A stretch of 53,822 nt of DNA from a virus (lineage: Duplodnaviria > Heunggongvirae > Uroviricota > Caudoviricetes). A program made the translations under genes and the position numbers. The stretch lies in IMG/VR virus record IMGVR_UViG_3300021256_000058, positions 1 to 53,822 of that record. One strand, written 5' to 3'. Shown here one piece after another: positions 37,536 through 47,965 of this stretch. The first letter of the stretch is position 1; every line of letters starts with the position of its first letter. The notes beneath the pieces were generated by a model. It searched no databases. It saw only the letters and a program-made list of their open reading frames with translations, and was not told where the DNA came from.

Positions 37536-38195
37536 TTAATATCGTACAATCTCAGGACCTGGCAGTTCCATTTCTGTGCCATCACTCAAACGCACTTTAC
37601 GCTTAGGCTCTTGCTTAGGAGGATCGAGTGTAAGAGTAATCTCTTTACGAATCTGATCCAACTCATTCTGAAACTTTTCTCTATCTTTCTGGAGATCGTC
37701 AGCAAGGCAGCCCGCAAGTTCTGTCATCTTCTGGTCTCTGATCTTACGAGTGCCAGCTTCATTACCATAAAGAAAATCCTTTTTCTTCCAGTTCATAAAC
37801 TTTTCCATTTCTACCCAGCTTTCCCAAAAAACAGGAATAACTATAGTATTAGTCCACTCATGGTTTTTATGAGGATCTTTATGTGTAACAGTTTTCACGT
37901 AATAAGGAATAAAGCTGGAATCAGAATACCAAGAATCAGTCTCAGGAATATGCCAGCCTTCGGGGTTTGCTCCATAAAGAGTTAAAAAACGCTCGAATGT
38001 TAGCTGCGGCATTTCTTTAATCGGATAATTTTCCTTTGTTTGTGAATACCGCCAATTATTATCGTCTAACATATCGTTATAACGATTTAGCAGACGAGTT
38101 GTCTCTTCTTTACGAGTAGCCGCAGCCGAAACTGCGACTACTGCTGTAACAACAACTCCGATGCCAACAACGATCCCCGCAATGATGCCGAACAT
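37536..38195 (-). CDS. Membrane-anchored hypothetical protein
   Basis: Hydrophobic N-terminal helix. Confidence 0.75.
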   Translation of the reverse strand: MFGIIAGIVVGIGVVVTAVVAVSAAATRKEETTRLLNRYNDMLDDNNWRYSQTKENYPIKEMPQLTFERFLTLYGANPEGWHIPETDSWYSDSSFIPYYVKTVTHKDPHKNHEWTNTIVIPVFWESWVEMEKFMNWKKKDFLYGNEAGTRKIRDQKMTELAGCLADDLQKDREKFQNELDQIRKEITLTLDPPKQEPKRKVRLSDGTEMELPGPEIVRY

Positions 38196-38419
38196 TATTC
38201 CTCATCCTCCTCATCTTCGGAAAGACCGACGATGACTTCCTCACATACGGGGCAATAAAACTTATCGCCAGAGCGCCGGCCCAGCAGATAGTCTTCATCC
38301 TGCCAATCGCACTTATAAATCGGCTCACCGCATTCCGGGCAGATAAAAAACTCTTCGTCCCAATCGACGAAAGCACCAGTCTCAACTTCAGTAAGATGCG
38401 CTACCTTTTCCCAAACCAT
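38195..38419 (-). CDS. Zn-ribbon protein
   Basis: CPECG...CPVC. Confidence 0.75.
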   Translation of the reverse strand: MVWEKVAHLTEVETGAFVDWDEEFFICPECGEPIYKCDWQDEDYLLGRRSGDKFYCPVCEEVIVGLSEDEEDEE

Positions 38420-38466
38420 TTTTATTACCCCTTTCTTTATTGTATATATATTATAACAAATTTTTA

Positions 38467-39324
38467 TTAAAAAATCAAACTGCCAGTATCATCCCAGCGA
38501 GAATATAACTTTCCATTGGGACGAAGGATCGCATACTTCATTTCATCAATATTATTCTTGCTCATGCAGTTATCATCAATAACGGTAGAAATTCCATGAA
38601 CAGAATACTGAATGAAACCATAAGGCAGCCGCGCAATCGCTACACCGTTTTCACGAATATAATCACCGATGGCTTTAAACTTCTCTTCTGAGTATTCATG
38701 AGCATGAACCCAATCTGTTTTTTCGTTTTCTCCATCAGAATAGATCTTACGAAAAGTAACCTGATCCGCACGATTAAACTGGGCAATCTGGAACATATTC
38801 TCGGGAGTATAATCATTAAATGCGCTAGTCATATTCAGACATAGCCGAACGTTCATATTAACATTTTTAGCTGCCATAATAAGTTCTGCCAATGACAGTT
38901 TACGAGCCATCTTTGGGGTCTGAACAATATCCCAATGTTCCTTATTGTCGAAAGAAGAAACGGACAGTGCCAGTGTTGTCACGCCATGCTCGGCAAGATC
39001 CGTAATATCCTTCTCAGTCATATTTGCACCAGTGGTCTGGATAGAAATATTATAAAAAGGTTTAGGTAAAGTACGATTAAGACGCAACAGTTCATAAATG
39101 AACGGCAGATTCTGCTGAGGTTCTGTCGTTCCAGTCAAAATCAGAGAATTGCAGCCCTCTTCGCGCACGAATGCCATTCTATCAAGGTACGACTGAGGAA
39201 TGTTTTTTGCACTGATAATAGTTTTGCCATAGTCCTCATGGTGCATATGAGATACACAAAACCGGCAATTATTCATGCAGTAGTCACCGCAGGGAACTAC
39301 GATAGAGAGTGACTGAATATTCAT
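38467..39324 (-). CDS. Radical SAM protein
   Basis: CMNNCRFC, ILTGTTEP. Confidence 0.88.
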   Translation of the reverse strand: MNIQSLSIVVPCGDYCMNNCRFCVSHMHHEDYGKTIISAKNIPQSYLDRMAFVREEGCNSLILTGTTEPQQNLPFIYELLRLNRTLPKPFYNISIQTTGANMTEKDITDLAEHGVTTLALSVSSFDNKEHWDIVQTPKMARKLSLAELIMAAKNVNMNVRLCLNMTSAFNDYTPENMFQIAQFNRADQVTFRKIYSDGENEKTDWVHAHEYSEEKFKAIGDYIRENGVAIARLPYGFIQYSVHGISTVIDDNCMSKNNIDEMKYAILRPNGKLYSRWDDTGSLIF

Positions 39325-39410
39325 CCATCAATCATCCTTTCTTTATTTTATGTATATATTATACTATTTTTTTAAAAGAAAATCAAAAAAGAGGATGCTA
39401 ATTAGCATCC

Positions 39411-40127
39411 TCAAGCATTAAGCGCGTTACGCTCTTTTTGGAGTTTAGTCCATCTAATTACACCAATGATAGCCATAATTAGATAAATACTCTTTTTGGT
39501 AAGATAAACTGCGTCGAAATGTACAATATACATAGCAACTGCAATAATATCCTGAACAATCCATAGCCAATACTGCTCACGGTATCTCAACATTTCAAGA
39601 CCAGTAGCAATAATACCAATGGATACGGTAAAAGCATCAAGCCAAGGAACTGTCCCACCGACACGGACGAGAATTGCATGATATACACAAGCTGCCAAAA
39701 TTACTATAATGCCTGCTACGCAATCCTGCCACAAAGATAGTTTCTTTGCCATAGTCTTTTCTGTCTGTTCTTGATCTCGATGTTTAGCCCAAACAATCCA
39801 CCCGACAATATTAAATGGCAGATAAATAAACATCTCAAGACAGAATGTGCCATAAATTTTCCAATACCAAAGGTAGACCATATATACGATTGTATTCACC
39901 AAGCCAAATGCAAAGTTACTGATACTTGCACTGGCACAGAAGAAAATACAAATCACACCGCATACCGCACTAATAAAATTAACTGCGGTTAGCCATCCTG
40001 GGTTTCCTCCCGGTGAAGGATGCGCAAAGCCATTATACATCGCCCATCCGGCAATGGCAATCATGACAATCGCCATTAGCCATTCATACCACTTCATTGC
40101 GGCAAAACTTTTCCTTAGATTGCTCAT
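39411..40127 (-). CDS. pnuC: Nicotinamide riboside transporter PnuC
   Basis: Multi-TM; NFAFGLVN, PWLDAF, REQYWLWIVQD. Confidence 0.88.
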   Translation of the reverse strand: MSNLRKSFAAMKWYEWLMAIVMIAIAGWAMYNGFAHPSPGGNPGWLTAVNFISAVCGVICIFFCASASISNFAFGLVNTIVYMVYLWYWKIYGTFCLEMFIYLPFNIVGWIVWAKHRDQEQTEKTMAKKLSLWQDCVAGIIVILAACVYHAILVRVGGTVPWLDAFTVSIGIIATGLEMLRYREQYWLWIVQDIIAVAMYIVHFDAVYLTKKSIYLIMAIIGVIRWTKLQKERNALNA

Positions 40128-40618
40128 ACCATCCACTCTTTTCTTTCTTGTGCGTTCATTTCGCGCACATCCGTTCCACTAATGTGTATATGTTTGCGCT
40201 CTGGGTCAAGGCATCTATATACTGCATATGGATATGCATTGGAAAAATACTCAGCATATGAAGGCTCAGATCCATATACAGCATCGAGATGATGACCGCA
40301 AGCGCGTAATACGAGGGGAGTTTCAGCTTCCCAATTTTCAGTGCCGTCTTCATTTCTACATTTAGAAATGTCGATCACAACAGGAGTCACATTGTCAAAA
40401 TATGATGCTGCTCGGTACAGTTGTCGAACTCTTGCATCCAGGCTCATAGCATAATCAGAGGGGCGGTCCGCATGAACCTTTTCCTCCTGATCTCCGCCGT
40501 AGAACAATATACAATATACCTGTTCACATTCTTCTGATGCAATTTTTAGACATCGAAGATGCCCGATGTGCATTGGCATAAATTTGCCACCATACATCCC
40601 TACTGTGAATTTCTTCAT
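40124..40618 (-). CDS. nadR: NadR-type NMN adenylyltransferase domain
   Basis: GMYGGKFMPMHIGH, YGSEPSY, ISGTDVR; coupled to pnuC. Confidence 0.8.
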   Translation of the reverse strand: MKKFTVGMYGGKFMPMHIGHLRCLKIASEECEQVYCILFYGGDQEEKVHADRPSDYAMSLDARVRQLYRAASYFDNVTPVVIDISKCRNEDGTENWEAETPLVLRACGHHLDAVYGSEPSYAEYFSNAYPYAVYRCLDPERKHIHISGTDVREMNAQERKEWMV

Positions 40619-40908
40619 TTGGCTTTCCTCTCTTTCTGTCTCAACCGAGCAATAGTTGCTTCCATACGAGCTTTATTATATGACTCGGCTTCCGCGACAC
40701 GATCTGGACGAGCTTTTCCTTCTTCCAAGAACATCCGGCCTTTATGAGCCAGCTCAGAGAGTTCATCGACCAGGGACCGCAATCCCTTTTTGCTGTCGCC
40801 ACATCCATCATAATCTGCTGCAAGATACATTATAGACATAAAACAGTCTTCAGCACAATCTTCAACAGACCATATGGTGTCACTTTTTTCATCGTAATAG
40901 GCTTTCAT
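40615..40908 (-). CDS. Hypothetical protein
   Basis: ORF track, overlaps both neighbours. Confidence 0.7.
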   Translation of the reverse strand: MKAYYDEKSDTIWSVEDCAEDCFMSIMYLAADYDGCGDSKKGLRSLVDELSELAHKGRMFLEEGKARPDRVAEAESYNKARMEATIARLRQKERKAK

Positions 40909-41482
40909 TCAGCATCCCCTTTTTGATAATTTCATACAGGAAATCCTGTTCGACAGGGTATTCTTTTAAATTATAATTGCGCCGAATAATTTCAGCCAGT
41001 TCAAATTTATCAGAATTACTGGTAAACCAATAAATATTATCCCAATCGCTTCGACCACCCGGCTCATCATATGTAGGCATCTCGAATTCCTTATATAATC
41101 TTTCAATGACTTCAGAGGGGACTTTACGATTCCGACGAGCATTTCTTTCTTTCATCGTTGCAATGTCAGAACGAATGCAGATTAAAGTATGCTCATCATA
41201 TTCAGGGAACCAGTTGAGAAATTCCTGTCGATCACTAACATAAGGGGCATTAGTGTCTACGATTACATCCTGCCCCAGCTTATAAGCTTCATGAATGAGC
41301 TTAAAGAAAAGCTGCCATGCCTCGAACTTATTCTCTCTACAAGTATCCGTACCATTATAAAACGCATAGCAATCGTCAATACTAATGCGTCTCAGCTTAT
41401 GCAGGCGTGCAAAAATCGCTGCGAAAGTGCTTTTGCCAGCCGCAATATCTCCACACAATAAAAACATCCGAGGCATGGTCAA
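40889..41482 (-). CDS. P-loop kinase, polynucleotide-kinase-like (AAA_33)
   Basis: CGDIAAGKST, ISIDD, VIVDTN, ERNARR.RKVP. Confidence 0.85.
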   Translation of the reverse strand: MTMPRMFLLCGDIAAGKSTFAAIFARLHKLRRISIDDCYAFYNGTDTCRENKFEAWQLFFKLIHEAYKLGQDVIVDTNAPYVSDRQEFLNWFPEYDEHTLICIRSDIATMKERNARRNRKVPSEVIERLYKEFEMPTYDEPGGRSDWDNIYWFTSNSDKFELAEIIRRNYNLKEYPVEQDFLYEIIKKGMLNESLLR

Positions 41483-41488
41483 TCCTCC

Positions 41489-41752
41489 TTACTCACCCGC
41501 GGCGTCTTGTGATGGTGTCACCGCATCTTCAACTTCTTCTTCTTCCACTTCTGGTGTAATTAATTCACCGTCAATACACCAGCAATTACATTCAGGGCAA
41601 TGTATCTGGGTTAGTGGAGAACCCATGACAAAGATCGTGTCATATTCAGAATTATCTGCAATAAAGACACAATCGCAGTGATTACAAAGAAACTTGCGTT
41701 CCATCCCTGCGCTGATTCCGTACAAGTTTCCGTGTTTAAGAACGGTAATCAT
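41489..41752 (-). CDS. Zn-ribbon protein
   Basis: CNHC...CPEC. Confidence 0.7.
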   Translation of the reverse strand: MITVLKHGNLYGISAGMERKFLCNHCDCVFIADNSEYDTIFVMGSPLTQIHCPECNCWCIDGELITPEVEEEEVEDAVTPSQDAAGE

Positions 41753-41809
41753 TTTTTCTCTCTTTCTTTATTGTATATATATTATATCAAATTTTTATAA
41801 GAAAATCAA

Positions 41810-42148
41810 TTAGCAGATATATCCTTCGTGTTCATGGATCTCAACACCTTTGGCTTTTAATACTTGCATTTGTTCAAAAGTAGGAGTCCCTACTCGATAT
41901 GCAAAATAATCAAGTTTATCATTAAGACGTGACCAAACGGCAGTATTACCATATATTCTTGGTTCAAATGCCATAGGATCTCGGTAAATTTTAATCCAAC
42001 CACGATTCTCTAATTCATCTTCAGTTTTGATACCCATATCTACTTGCATCATATTTAAATGATCGTAAGATTCACAGCCCCAAAATTCACCATCGGGTGC
42101 AATCCAGCCCGTAGAACAGGAATCATCTCGGTACTAATATTGCTTCAT
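41810..42148 (-). CDS. Hypothetical protein, 112 aa, 1 in-frame TAG
   Basis: Extended through TAG 42134 to MKQY(Q)YRDDSCSTGWIAPDGEFWGCESYDH; GGAG SD. Confidence 0.7.
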
Positions 42149-42189
42149 GTTGATTTTTCTCCCAGAATATGTTATAATATAATAAAGGA

Positions 42190-42807
42190 GTGATTAGATT
42201 GATTTTTCTTATTCAAAGTATTTTAGCTGGTTTAATGATCGGCATAGGCGGAACCGCAAATCTTATTGCAGGCGACCTTGTTGGAGCTATCCTCTTCTCT
42301 GTTGGTTTATACGCAATTATATTATTTAAATATGCGCTTTTCACGGGGAAAGTAGCTACTCTCGATAATAACGGATTACAGTGGTATCAATATATTGTTT
42401 GTTGGATCGGAAACTTCCTTGGAGCTGGCCTTTGTGCTGCCATAGGGGCACTGTCCGCCAAGTCTAATGCAATATATTTTGCTGCTCAACAAATTACAAG
42501 AGTACGAACAGGAAACACTTTTATTATGAATGTAGCATTAGGCATTTTATGTGGTCTTTTGGTCGCTATTGCCGTTAGAGGTTATAAGAATAACTCGCAT
42601 CCTATAACAGTAATCCTTCCCGTGACAATTTTTGTATTCTGTGGATTTAACCACTGTGTTGCCGATATGTTTTATTTCACGGCTGCTAACGAGTTTACGG
42701 TAAAAACCGGAGTGGCGCTATTAGCAACCACTCTCGGAAATATTATCGGCTGTGGATTATTGCCATTAATGGATATAATCCCACGATGTACAGCACCCAA
42801 GGCTTGA
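42190..42807 (+). CDS. Formate/nitrite transporter (FNT) family channel
   Basis: LFTG, WIGNFLGA, GILCGLLV, GFNHCVADM; own promoter at about 42150-42178. Confidence 0.88.
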   Translation: MIRLIFLIQSILAGLMIGIGGTANLIAGDLVGAILFSVGLYAIILFKYALFTGKVATLDNNGLQWYQYIVCWIGNFLGAGLCAAIGALSAKSNAIYFAAQQITRVRTGNTFIMNVALGILCGLLVAIAVRGYKNNSHPITVILPVTIFVFCGFNHCVADMFYFTAANEFTVKTGVALLATTLGNIIGCGLLPLMDIIPRCTAPKA

Positions 42808-43239
42808 TTTTAAACAGAGCAGATTCTCTTTATCCCAACAAATGCAACTATGACAGGTCACTTTTTCACGTTCCGGATTACGGACTTGTGTTTGCATGAC
42901 CATATTGCCTTGCTGTTGGGTTTGCATAATTATGGGTGCAATAGCTGGATAAAGACCAGCATCTTCAAAATCACATCTTGCACTCAGTTTACAAGTGCCG
43001 CAAAGAGCAAAATGCTGAGCGCACTGAATGCATAAAAGATCCCAGGTTTCACCTACGGGGACTACAAAAGTCCCCGTTAAATCTGGAATTACAGTTCCAC
43101 ATAAACTACATTGGGACGGATTTTCATTATGATGGGAACAATAATCATCATTGAGGTTGATGCGTAGACGCGAAAGTCTGCATATATCTCCGCCTTGAGG
43201 TAAGACTGCCCGCAGTCCGCAAGTTCTACAAGTCTTCAA
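42766..43239 (-). CDS. Cys-rich hypothetical protein
   Basis: ORF track, many CxxC. Confidence 0.7.
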   Translation of the reverse strand: MKTCRTCGLRAVLPQGGDICRLSRLRINLNDDYCSHHNENPSQCSLCGTVIPDLTGTFVVPVGETWDLLCIQCAQHFALCGTCKLSARCDFEDAGLYPAIAPIIMQTQQQGNMVMQTQVRNPEREKVTCHSCICWDKENLLCLKSSLGCCTSWDYIH

Positions 43240-43484
43240 GTTATGATCTTCTCCCTCCGGAGCAGTTCATAAGCTGATTCAGTCTTAATTACTATGGGGC
43301 CATCTTCAATAACTTCCATTTCAAGCTTATTGATCCACTGTTCTCCATACCATGATCCAAGAATGTCTATGGCTTCATAATAAGTATGCGCGAAAAGAAG
43401 CCCCATTTCATCCTTTTCCTTTTCATCGTAATCATCCCAATAGTTTACTTTATAAACATAGGGGTAGAGAGTGGTTTTATCCAT
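43236..43484 (-). CDS. Hypothetical protein
   Basis: ORF track, AGGAGG SD. Confidence 0.7.
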   Translation of the reverse strand: MDKTTLYPYVYKVNYWDDYDEKEKDEMGLLFAHTYYEAIDILGSWYGEQWINKLEMEVIEDGPIVIKTESAYELLRREKIIT

Positions 43485-43495
43485 ATAGTACCTCC

Positions 43496-43921
43496 TTAGT
43501 ATGAATCATAAAAATATATGATAACATCTTCTTTATCTACTACTTGGTCAATTAACCACGCGCAGGTCTGTCGGGCATCAAGCATGGTATTTTTAATTTC
43601 GTCCCAAGTCCAAATTGACCGCATATCTTCCCAATTTGCATTTAATTCGAGGCAAGCGACAATTACGTCATAAAGAATAGTTAGCTTTTCTCGATCAAAA
43701 ACGAAGTAGTATTGGTCTTTATCGTAATTAGGAAAGCAATTTCGCAAAATAAGATCTCGCAATCCCCAGCATTTTCGCCAATACATTACTTCGGTACGGA
43801 AGGGATGATCAGGGAACTCTTCGGCACCGTTATCATATGACCATCTTATCCATTTCTTGGGAATTTTATCACGGAATTCCTTGGTTTTTGACGCAATGAT
43901 TACGCCATTATCTAGGCCCAC
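43496..43921 (-). CDS. Hypothetical phage protein
   Basis: MGLD...YWRK...FYDSY pattern. Confidence 0.75.
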   Translation of the reverse strand: MGLDNGVIIASKTKEFRDKIPKKWIRWSYDNGAEEFPDHPFRTEVMYWRKCWGLRDLILRNCFPNYDKDQYYFVFDREKLTILYDVIVACLELNANWEDMRSIWTWDEIKNTMLDARQTCAWLIDQVVDKEDVIIYFYDSY

Positions 43922-43934
43922 GAAAGTTCCCTCC

Positions 43935-44258
43935 TTAATCTATAATATTCAAAAGATATGTTTTACAAATATCCCAAAGCTTCTGCGGGAAATAGGTATC
44001 AAATTCACGAGTCAATCCAAACATAGTGTTGGGACTAATCGCATAGTCTCCAATATATTTGACTTCTATGGCGCAACCTTCTTCAGCATTTACATAAACA
44101 ATGCCAAAAAAATAATTGGTGTTGTCATCGTACCCGTCGAGTCTGTGCATATAATCGCTATCAAGCAAGTCATCACGCAGCATTGGGTCCACTGACCGCA
44201 CATCTTCCGCAGAAAGCAGATAACCATATCCCACACAGCATTTTCTGGAAATACTCAT
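43935..44258 (-). CDS. Hypothetical protein
   Basis: ORF track, SD and promoter upstream. Confidence 0.7.
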   Translation of the reverse strand: MSISRKCCVGYGYLLSAEDVRSVDPMLRDDLLDSDYMHRLDGYDDNTNYFFGIVYVNAEEGCAIEVKYIGDYAISPNTMFGLTREFDTYFPQKLWDICKTYLLNIID

Positions 44259-44417
44259 TTGAAAACATATCCTTTCTGATTTTCTATATATATTATACTA
44301 TATTTTTTTTAAAAAGTCAATTCTTGCTTAATGGCGCCTTGAGGTTGACTTTCCGCAAGATTTTTGGTATAATAAAATTGGTAACAAAATAAAGCAAATG
44401 AAAGTAGAGGAAGCCAA

Positions 44418-44609
44418 ATGCCAGATCAAAAAAATAAAATCATTTATTCCATGAGAATTATGATCCAGCTTGTAGAAGCTGGTTTTATGCCGAAAGGTAC
44501 TATACCAAATCCAAAGGATGTGAGATACAACTGTTGGGTGTTTGAATTGACACCTGAGCTTTAGGCTACCCTGGACCGCATTTATGCAGAAAGGGAGTAG
44601 GGTTTGTGA
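44418..44609 (+). CDS. Small protein, DUF5659-like, 63 aa, 2 in-frame TAG codons
   Basis: MPDQKNKIIYSMRIMIQLVEAGF...PNPKD...WVFELTPEL(Q)ATLD; TGA overlaps the next GTG. Confidence 0.65.
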
Positions 44610-45028
44610 ATGTTGTATTTTATGAATCTTGGTGGGATACTATTCAGAAACTCGATGAAAAAAGTCAAGAGAAAATGACAAGGGCTATTCTGGATTATGG
44701 ATGTAAAGGGATTGAACCAAAATTTGAAGATCCAATGTTGAGTGCGGTTTTCGATGGAATGATTCGTGGGGCGATTGATAAATCGCAGCAACATTACCAG
44801 GAGAAAGTTACATATGGTTAGACTACTGGACGCAAAAAGATTGTCGATGATGCGGCCATCGGTCAACTGGCTGCGCAAGGGATGAGAGCGAAGATGATTG
44901 CGGACCAGCTTGGGATCAGCGTTGCGGCGGTGTATCATTCAGAGGGATGGACGAATTCTCGTCCGAAAAAAACTCCGGTAATTCCGGTCGAAAATGATGG
45001 GGGTTCTTCCCGCACTTGGGACTTTTGA
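44606..45028 (+). CDS. DUF6291-like replication-associated protein with C-terminal HTH, 140 aa, 1 in-frame TAG
   Basis: VVFYESWWDTI...AILDYG..GIEP; after TAG 44819, GRKK...GMRAKMIADQLGISVAAVY. Confidence 0.75.
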
Positions 45029-45029
45029 C

Positions 45030-45545
45030 ATTTTTTTTGTAAAAACGTTTTTACAAAAGAGGCAAAAAATTTGTAAAAAGTTTTTACAAAAAATCATCTA
45101 TTTTTACAAATTTTTTTGTAAAAAGTCGGAGTTTTTACAAATTTTAATTGAGTTTTTACAAAAAATTTTGGATATTTACAAAAAAAGTTGTAAAAATAAG
45201 TAAAAATTTGTAGAAACGTTTTTACAAAAAAAATTTGTAAAAACTATCGGCATTTTTACAAAAATTTTTGTAAAAAGTCAGGGGAGTTTTTACAAAAATC
45301 GAATTAAAATTTGTAAAAATTTCGGCATTTTTTTTGTAAAGTTTTTACAAATTTTTTTGTAAAAACTCGGCATTTTTTTTGTAAAAACTCATTTATTTTT
45401 ACAAATTTCATTTGAGTTTTTACAAATTTTACTTGAGTTTTTACAAATTTTTTTGTAAATTTGTAAATAGTATAATATTAGAAAAAATTTTTACAAATTT
45501 TTGTCTCGGTCGCTGCGCGACCTCAACATAAAATATTGTAAAAAT
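45030..45545. repeat. AT-rich iteron-like array, probable replication origin
   Basis: About 27 copies (counted by eye) of TTGTAAA/TTTACAA in both orientations. Confidence 0.7.
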
Positions 45546-45663
45546 TTAGGGGACGTTTTGCGGGGCGAGTGGCAAACTTGGGGGAGGGCCGCAGGCACTC
45601 CAAAGTTGAAATGAAAACTCAAGGAACCAAATAAAAAATGAGTTGAAAAACAAGGAGAAGGTT

Positions 45664-45930
45664 ATGAGAATTTCGAATCAAAAACCTGCAACTATTAAAA
45701 ATAGTGTAGAGGGTGCATATAAAGGAATAAATGTTTAGTGCGTAACATAGGCACAGCTGGCCGCACATATGGATGATAGATTCCATATCTACTGGGTTAA
45801 AGAAACTGGAAGATTAGTGTATTATGGTTAGGATATTGGCTATGCTTCTGGTCCAAAAGATTTTAAAATTGATGATAAGAGATACGAAGATATAAGATTA
45901 ATGTTAAGACAAAGAGGGTTAATTGCTTGA
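45664..45930 (+). CDS. Hypothetical protein, 88 aa, 3 in-frame TAG codons
   Basis: AGGAGAAGG SD, MRISNQKPAT..., open to TGA 45930 only if TAG is a sense codon. Confidence 0.6.
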
Positions 45931-46434
45931 TTGCTACTGGATTTGTATATGAATGGGCGACCGCATTTTGGCCACGTTGGTAGAAGAGTATTTGGACTGT
46001 AGTGCGGGAAGTTTTAGAGAAGAGATTTGATGGGTTATTGTGCTGGCCTTGGTATGATGATGAAGTTGTGAATAAGTGGAACGCTATCCCTGAGAGTTAT
46101 GATAATTGGGATTGGAGTTATGATCTTTAAGCTTTGCTTTTGGTGATATGAGGTTGGGGAGAGAAGTGATGAGAATGTGGATTTGTAGAAGTGCAAAATG
46201 TGAAATCTGCAAAATGCAAAATGCGGAAAAGGCGTGCCCGATCGGGTCACCCAGATATGATGATTTTTTATCGTGATCGTTATCGTCAAAATTTTTCTCT
46301 CCGGTTCCTCTGAACTTCCTCTGTATCCTGTACTTTTGGTCTGTCCACAGAAGAAAAAAAAAGACCCGTGAAAACTTTTTCACGGGTTTTTCTGACAGGC
46401 TTTTCCTGCCAAATTTATGGTATTTTTGCCTCGC

Positions 46435-46794
46435 TTAGAGATCGTGTGATCTAAGGAAATCCGACAGAGGATCACCAAGCTTAGCCTTCGGCTTTGCGAA
46501 AGTTACCTGATCGAGTTTGCCAAGCTCAATGAAGAGTTCTGCCAGGGAATCGAGCAGCTCGACAAACTTGTCCAGCTCGATCGGCTCGTCCAGCTCCAGA
46601 GCTTCCGGCCAGAAAGTGCTGAAATAATCGTCGAGTGCATCTTCGATGCGCTTAGCTGCGATTTTCTTTTTACCGGCATCAACAGTCTTTTTGTACTGCT
46701 CATTTGCCTTATTGAGTGCGTCGGTGAATTCCTTGGCGATGGCGTCAGCAGATTCGCCTTTCTGAAGACGCGCAAGAATGTCTTTATCCAACAT
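46435..46794 (-). CDS. Hypothetical protein
   Basis: ORF track, SD and promoter. Confidence 0.75.
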   Translation of the reverse strand: MLDKDILARLQKGESADAIAKEFTDALNKANEQYKKTVDAGKKKIAAKRIEDALDDYFSTFWPEALELDEPIELDKFVELLDSLAELFIELGKLDQVTFAKPKAKLGDPLSDFLRSHDL

Positions 46795-47360
46795 AATTAT
46801 GTTCCTTTCATATTTTGTAATTATATTATAACATAAATTTTTTAAATTTTCAAGTTGCCGATCGGGTTGATTTTTTATTAAAAATATGTTATAATATAAT
46901 GGGGAAGTATATATATTTTTTTAAAAAAAAATATATTTTTTTCTTTATTATATCATATTTTTTTTATAAAATCAAGCGTATGTGGAAAGCCCGTTTTCCC
47001 GGTCGGTAAAAATAGTTTTTTTTAATATTATAACAAAAATTTTTTGAAAAGTCAAATTTTTTGGGAAAAAAATTTTTTCGCCGCGGGTGAGCGCAGCGAA
47101 CCATATGCGTTCAGTGGGCTGGATTGGGCTGGGTTCGCGATATGGGTCGGCCGGGCACGGCCCGAGGTCGCATATGGGGTCCGCGCAGCAGTTAGCCCCG
47201 CCTAACCGCAACAAAAGTTACAAAACGATTACATTTTGGTTACAATTCGGTAACAAAAGGTTACAAAATGGTTACAGTCTGTTAGTTAATTAATTAACGA
47301 TTTGTGCAAATTACACAATTTTGGGAAAAAATTTTTTTGAATTTTTGTGCAACTTTTCTA

Positions 47361-47423
47361 TTGACTTTTTTTGCAAAATGTGATATAATGGAATTTCGGC
47401 CCTAGGCGTCCGCCGGCGGGCCG
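47361..47423 (+). promoter_or_regulatory. Plus-strand consensus promoter followed by a GC hairpin (repeat module, also at 48676, 49609, 50477)
   Basis: TTGAC(T/A)-17 nt-TATAAT-G(G/A)AA..TT-GC-rich stem-loop, no convincing ORF downstream. Confidence 0.65.
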
Positions 47424-47520
47424 CCAATTATACCACACTTTTAAGTATTTGTCAATAGGCAAAATGCACAAAAAAATCAGCGATTTTTTGTGTAAATCGC
47501 TAATTTTTGGTTACAAACTG

Positions 47521-47901
47521 TTAACTTTTCGGCTTACGCTTCTGCACAAGCGTGAATTCATAGGCATTTTCACCAATTTTGAAGGCAATTTGCCGTTCTT
47601 TGTTGGTAATTTCGATGGATTCTGCACCAATTTCCGCATTTTCTGCCAAAAATTCGGCAATTTTGGCGATAATTCCGGTTTTTGTGGTGTTTTCCTCGCG
47701 CTTTTTCGGCGTTTTGACGGTCGGGGTCTTGTGTTCCTTGGAAATTGTCATAGATTTGGCAACTTTCTGTTGCTCTTTTGTAAGATCGAATTCGGTCTTT
47801 TCGTTGTGGTCAACTGCCTTGTCATAGGCAAGCACTTCCTCGGCTTCTTCCTCGGTCAAATCAAGCACGCGCATGAGTTTTTCTTTCTGGGATTCTGCCA
47901 T
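47521..47901 (-). CDS. Small protein, family B (paralog of 50575-50925)
   Basis: KLM..L.....EA..V.A.DKA.D...F.L..EQ..VAK...TN.ER. Confidence 0.8.
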   Translation of the reverse strand: MAESQKEKLMRVLDLTEEEAEEVLAYDKAVDHNEKTEFDLTKEQQKVAKSMTISKEHKTPTVKTPKKREENTTKTGIIAKIAEFLAENAEIGAESIEITNKERQIAFKIGENAYEFTLVQKRKPKS

Positions 47902-47965
47902 TGCTTCACCTCATTAAAGTGTTAAAGTTGGGGGCGGATTTCTCCGCCCCTTGGCGGTTTACCGA

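Noticed and set aside
44582-44938. Minus-strand ORF over the origin-proximal genes, and low-complexity ORF 44994-45203
   Set aside because: The plus-strand DUF6291-HTH reading is better supported, and the second ORF is just translated repeats.
45030-45545. CRISPR array
   Set aside because: Repeats are 7-12 nt, in both orientations, irregularly spaced and without unique spacers.
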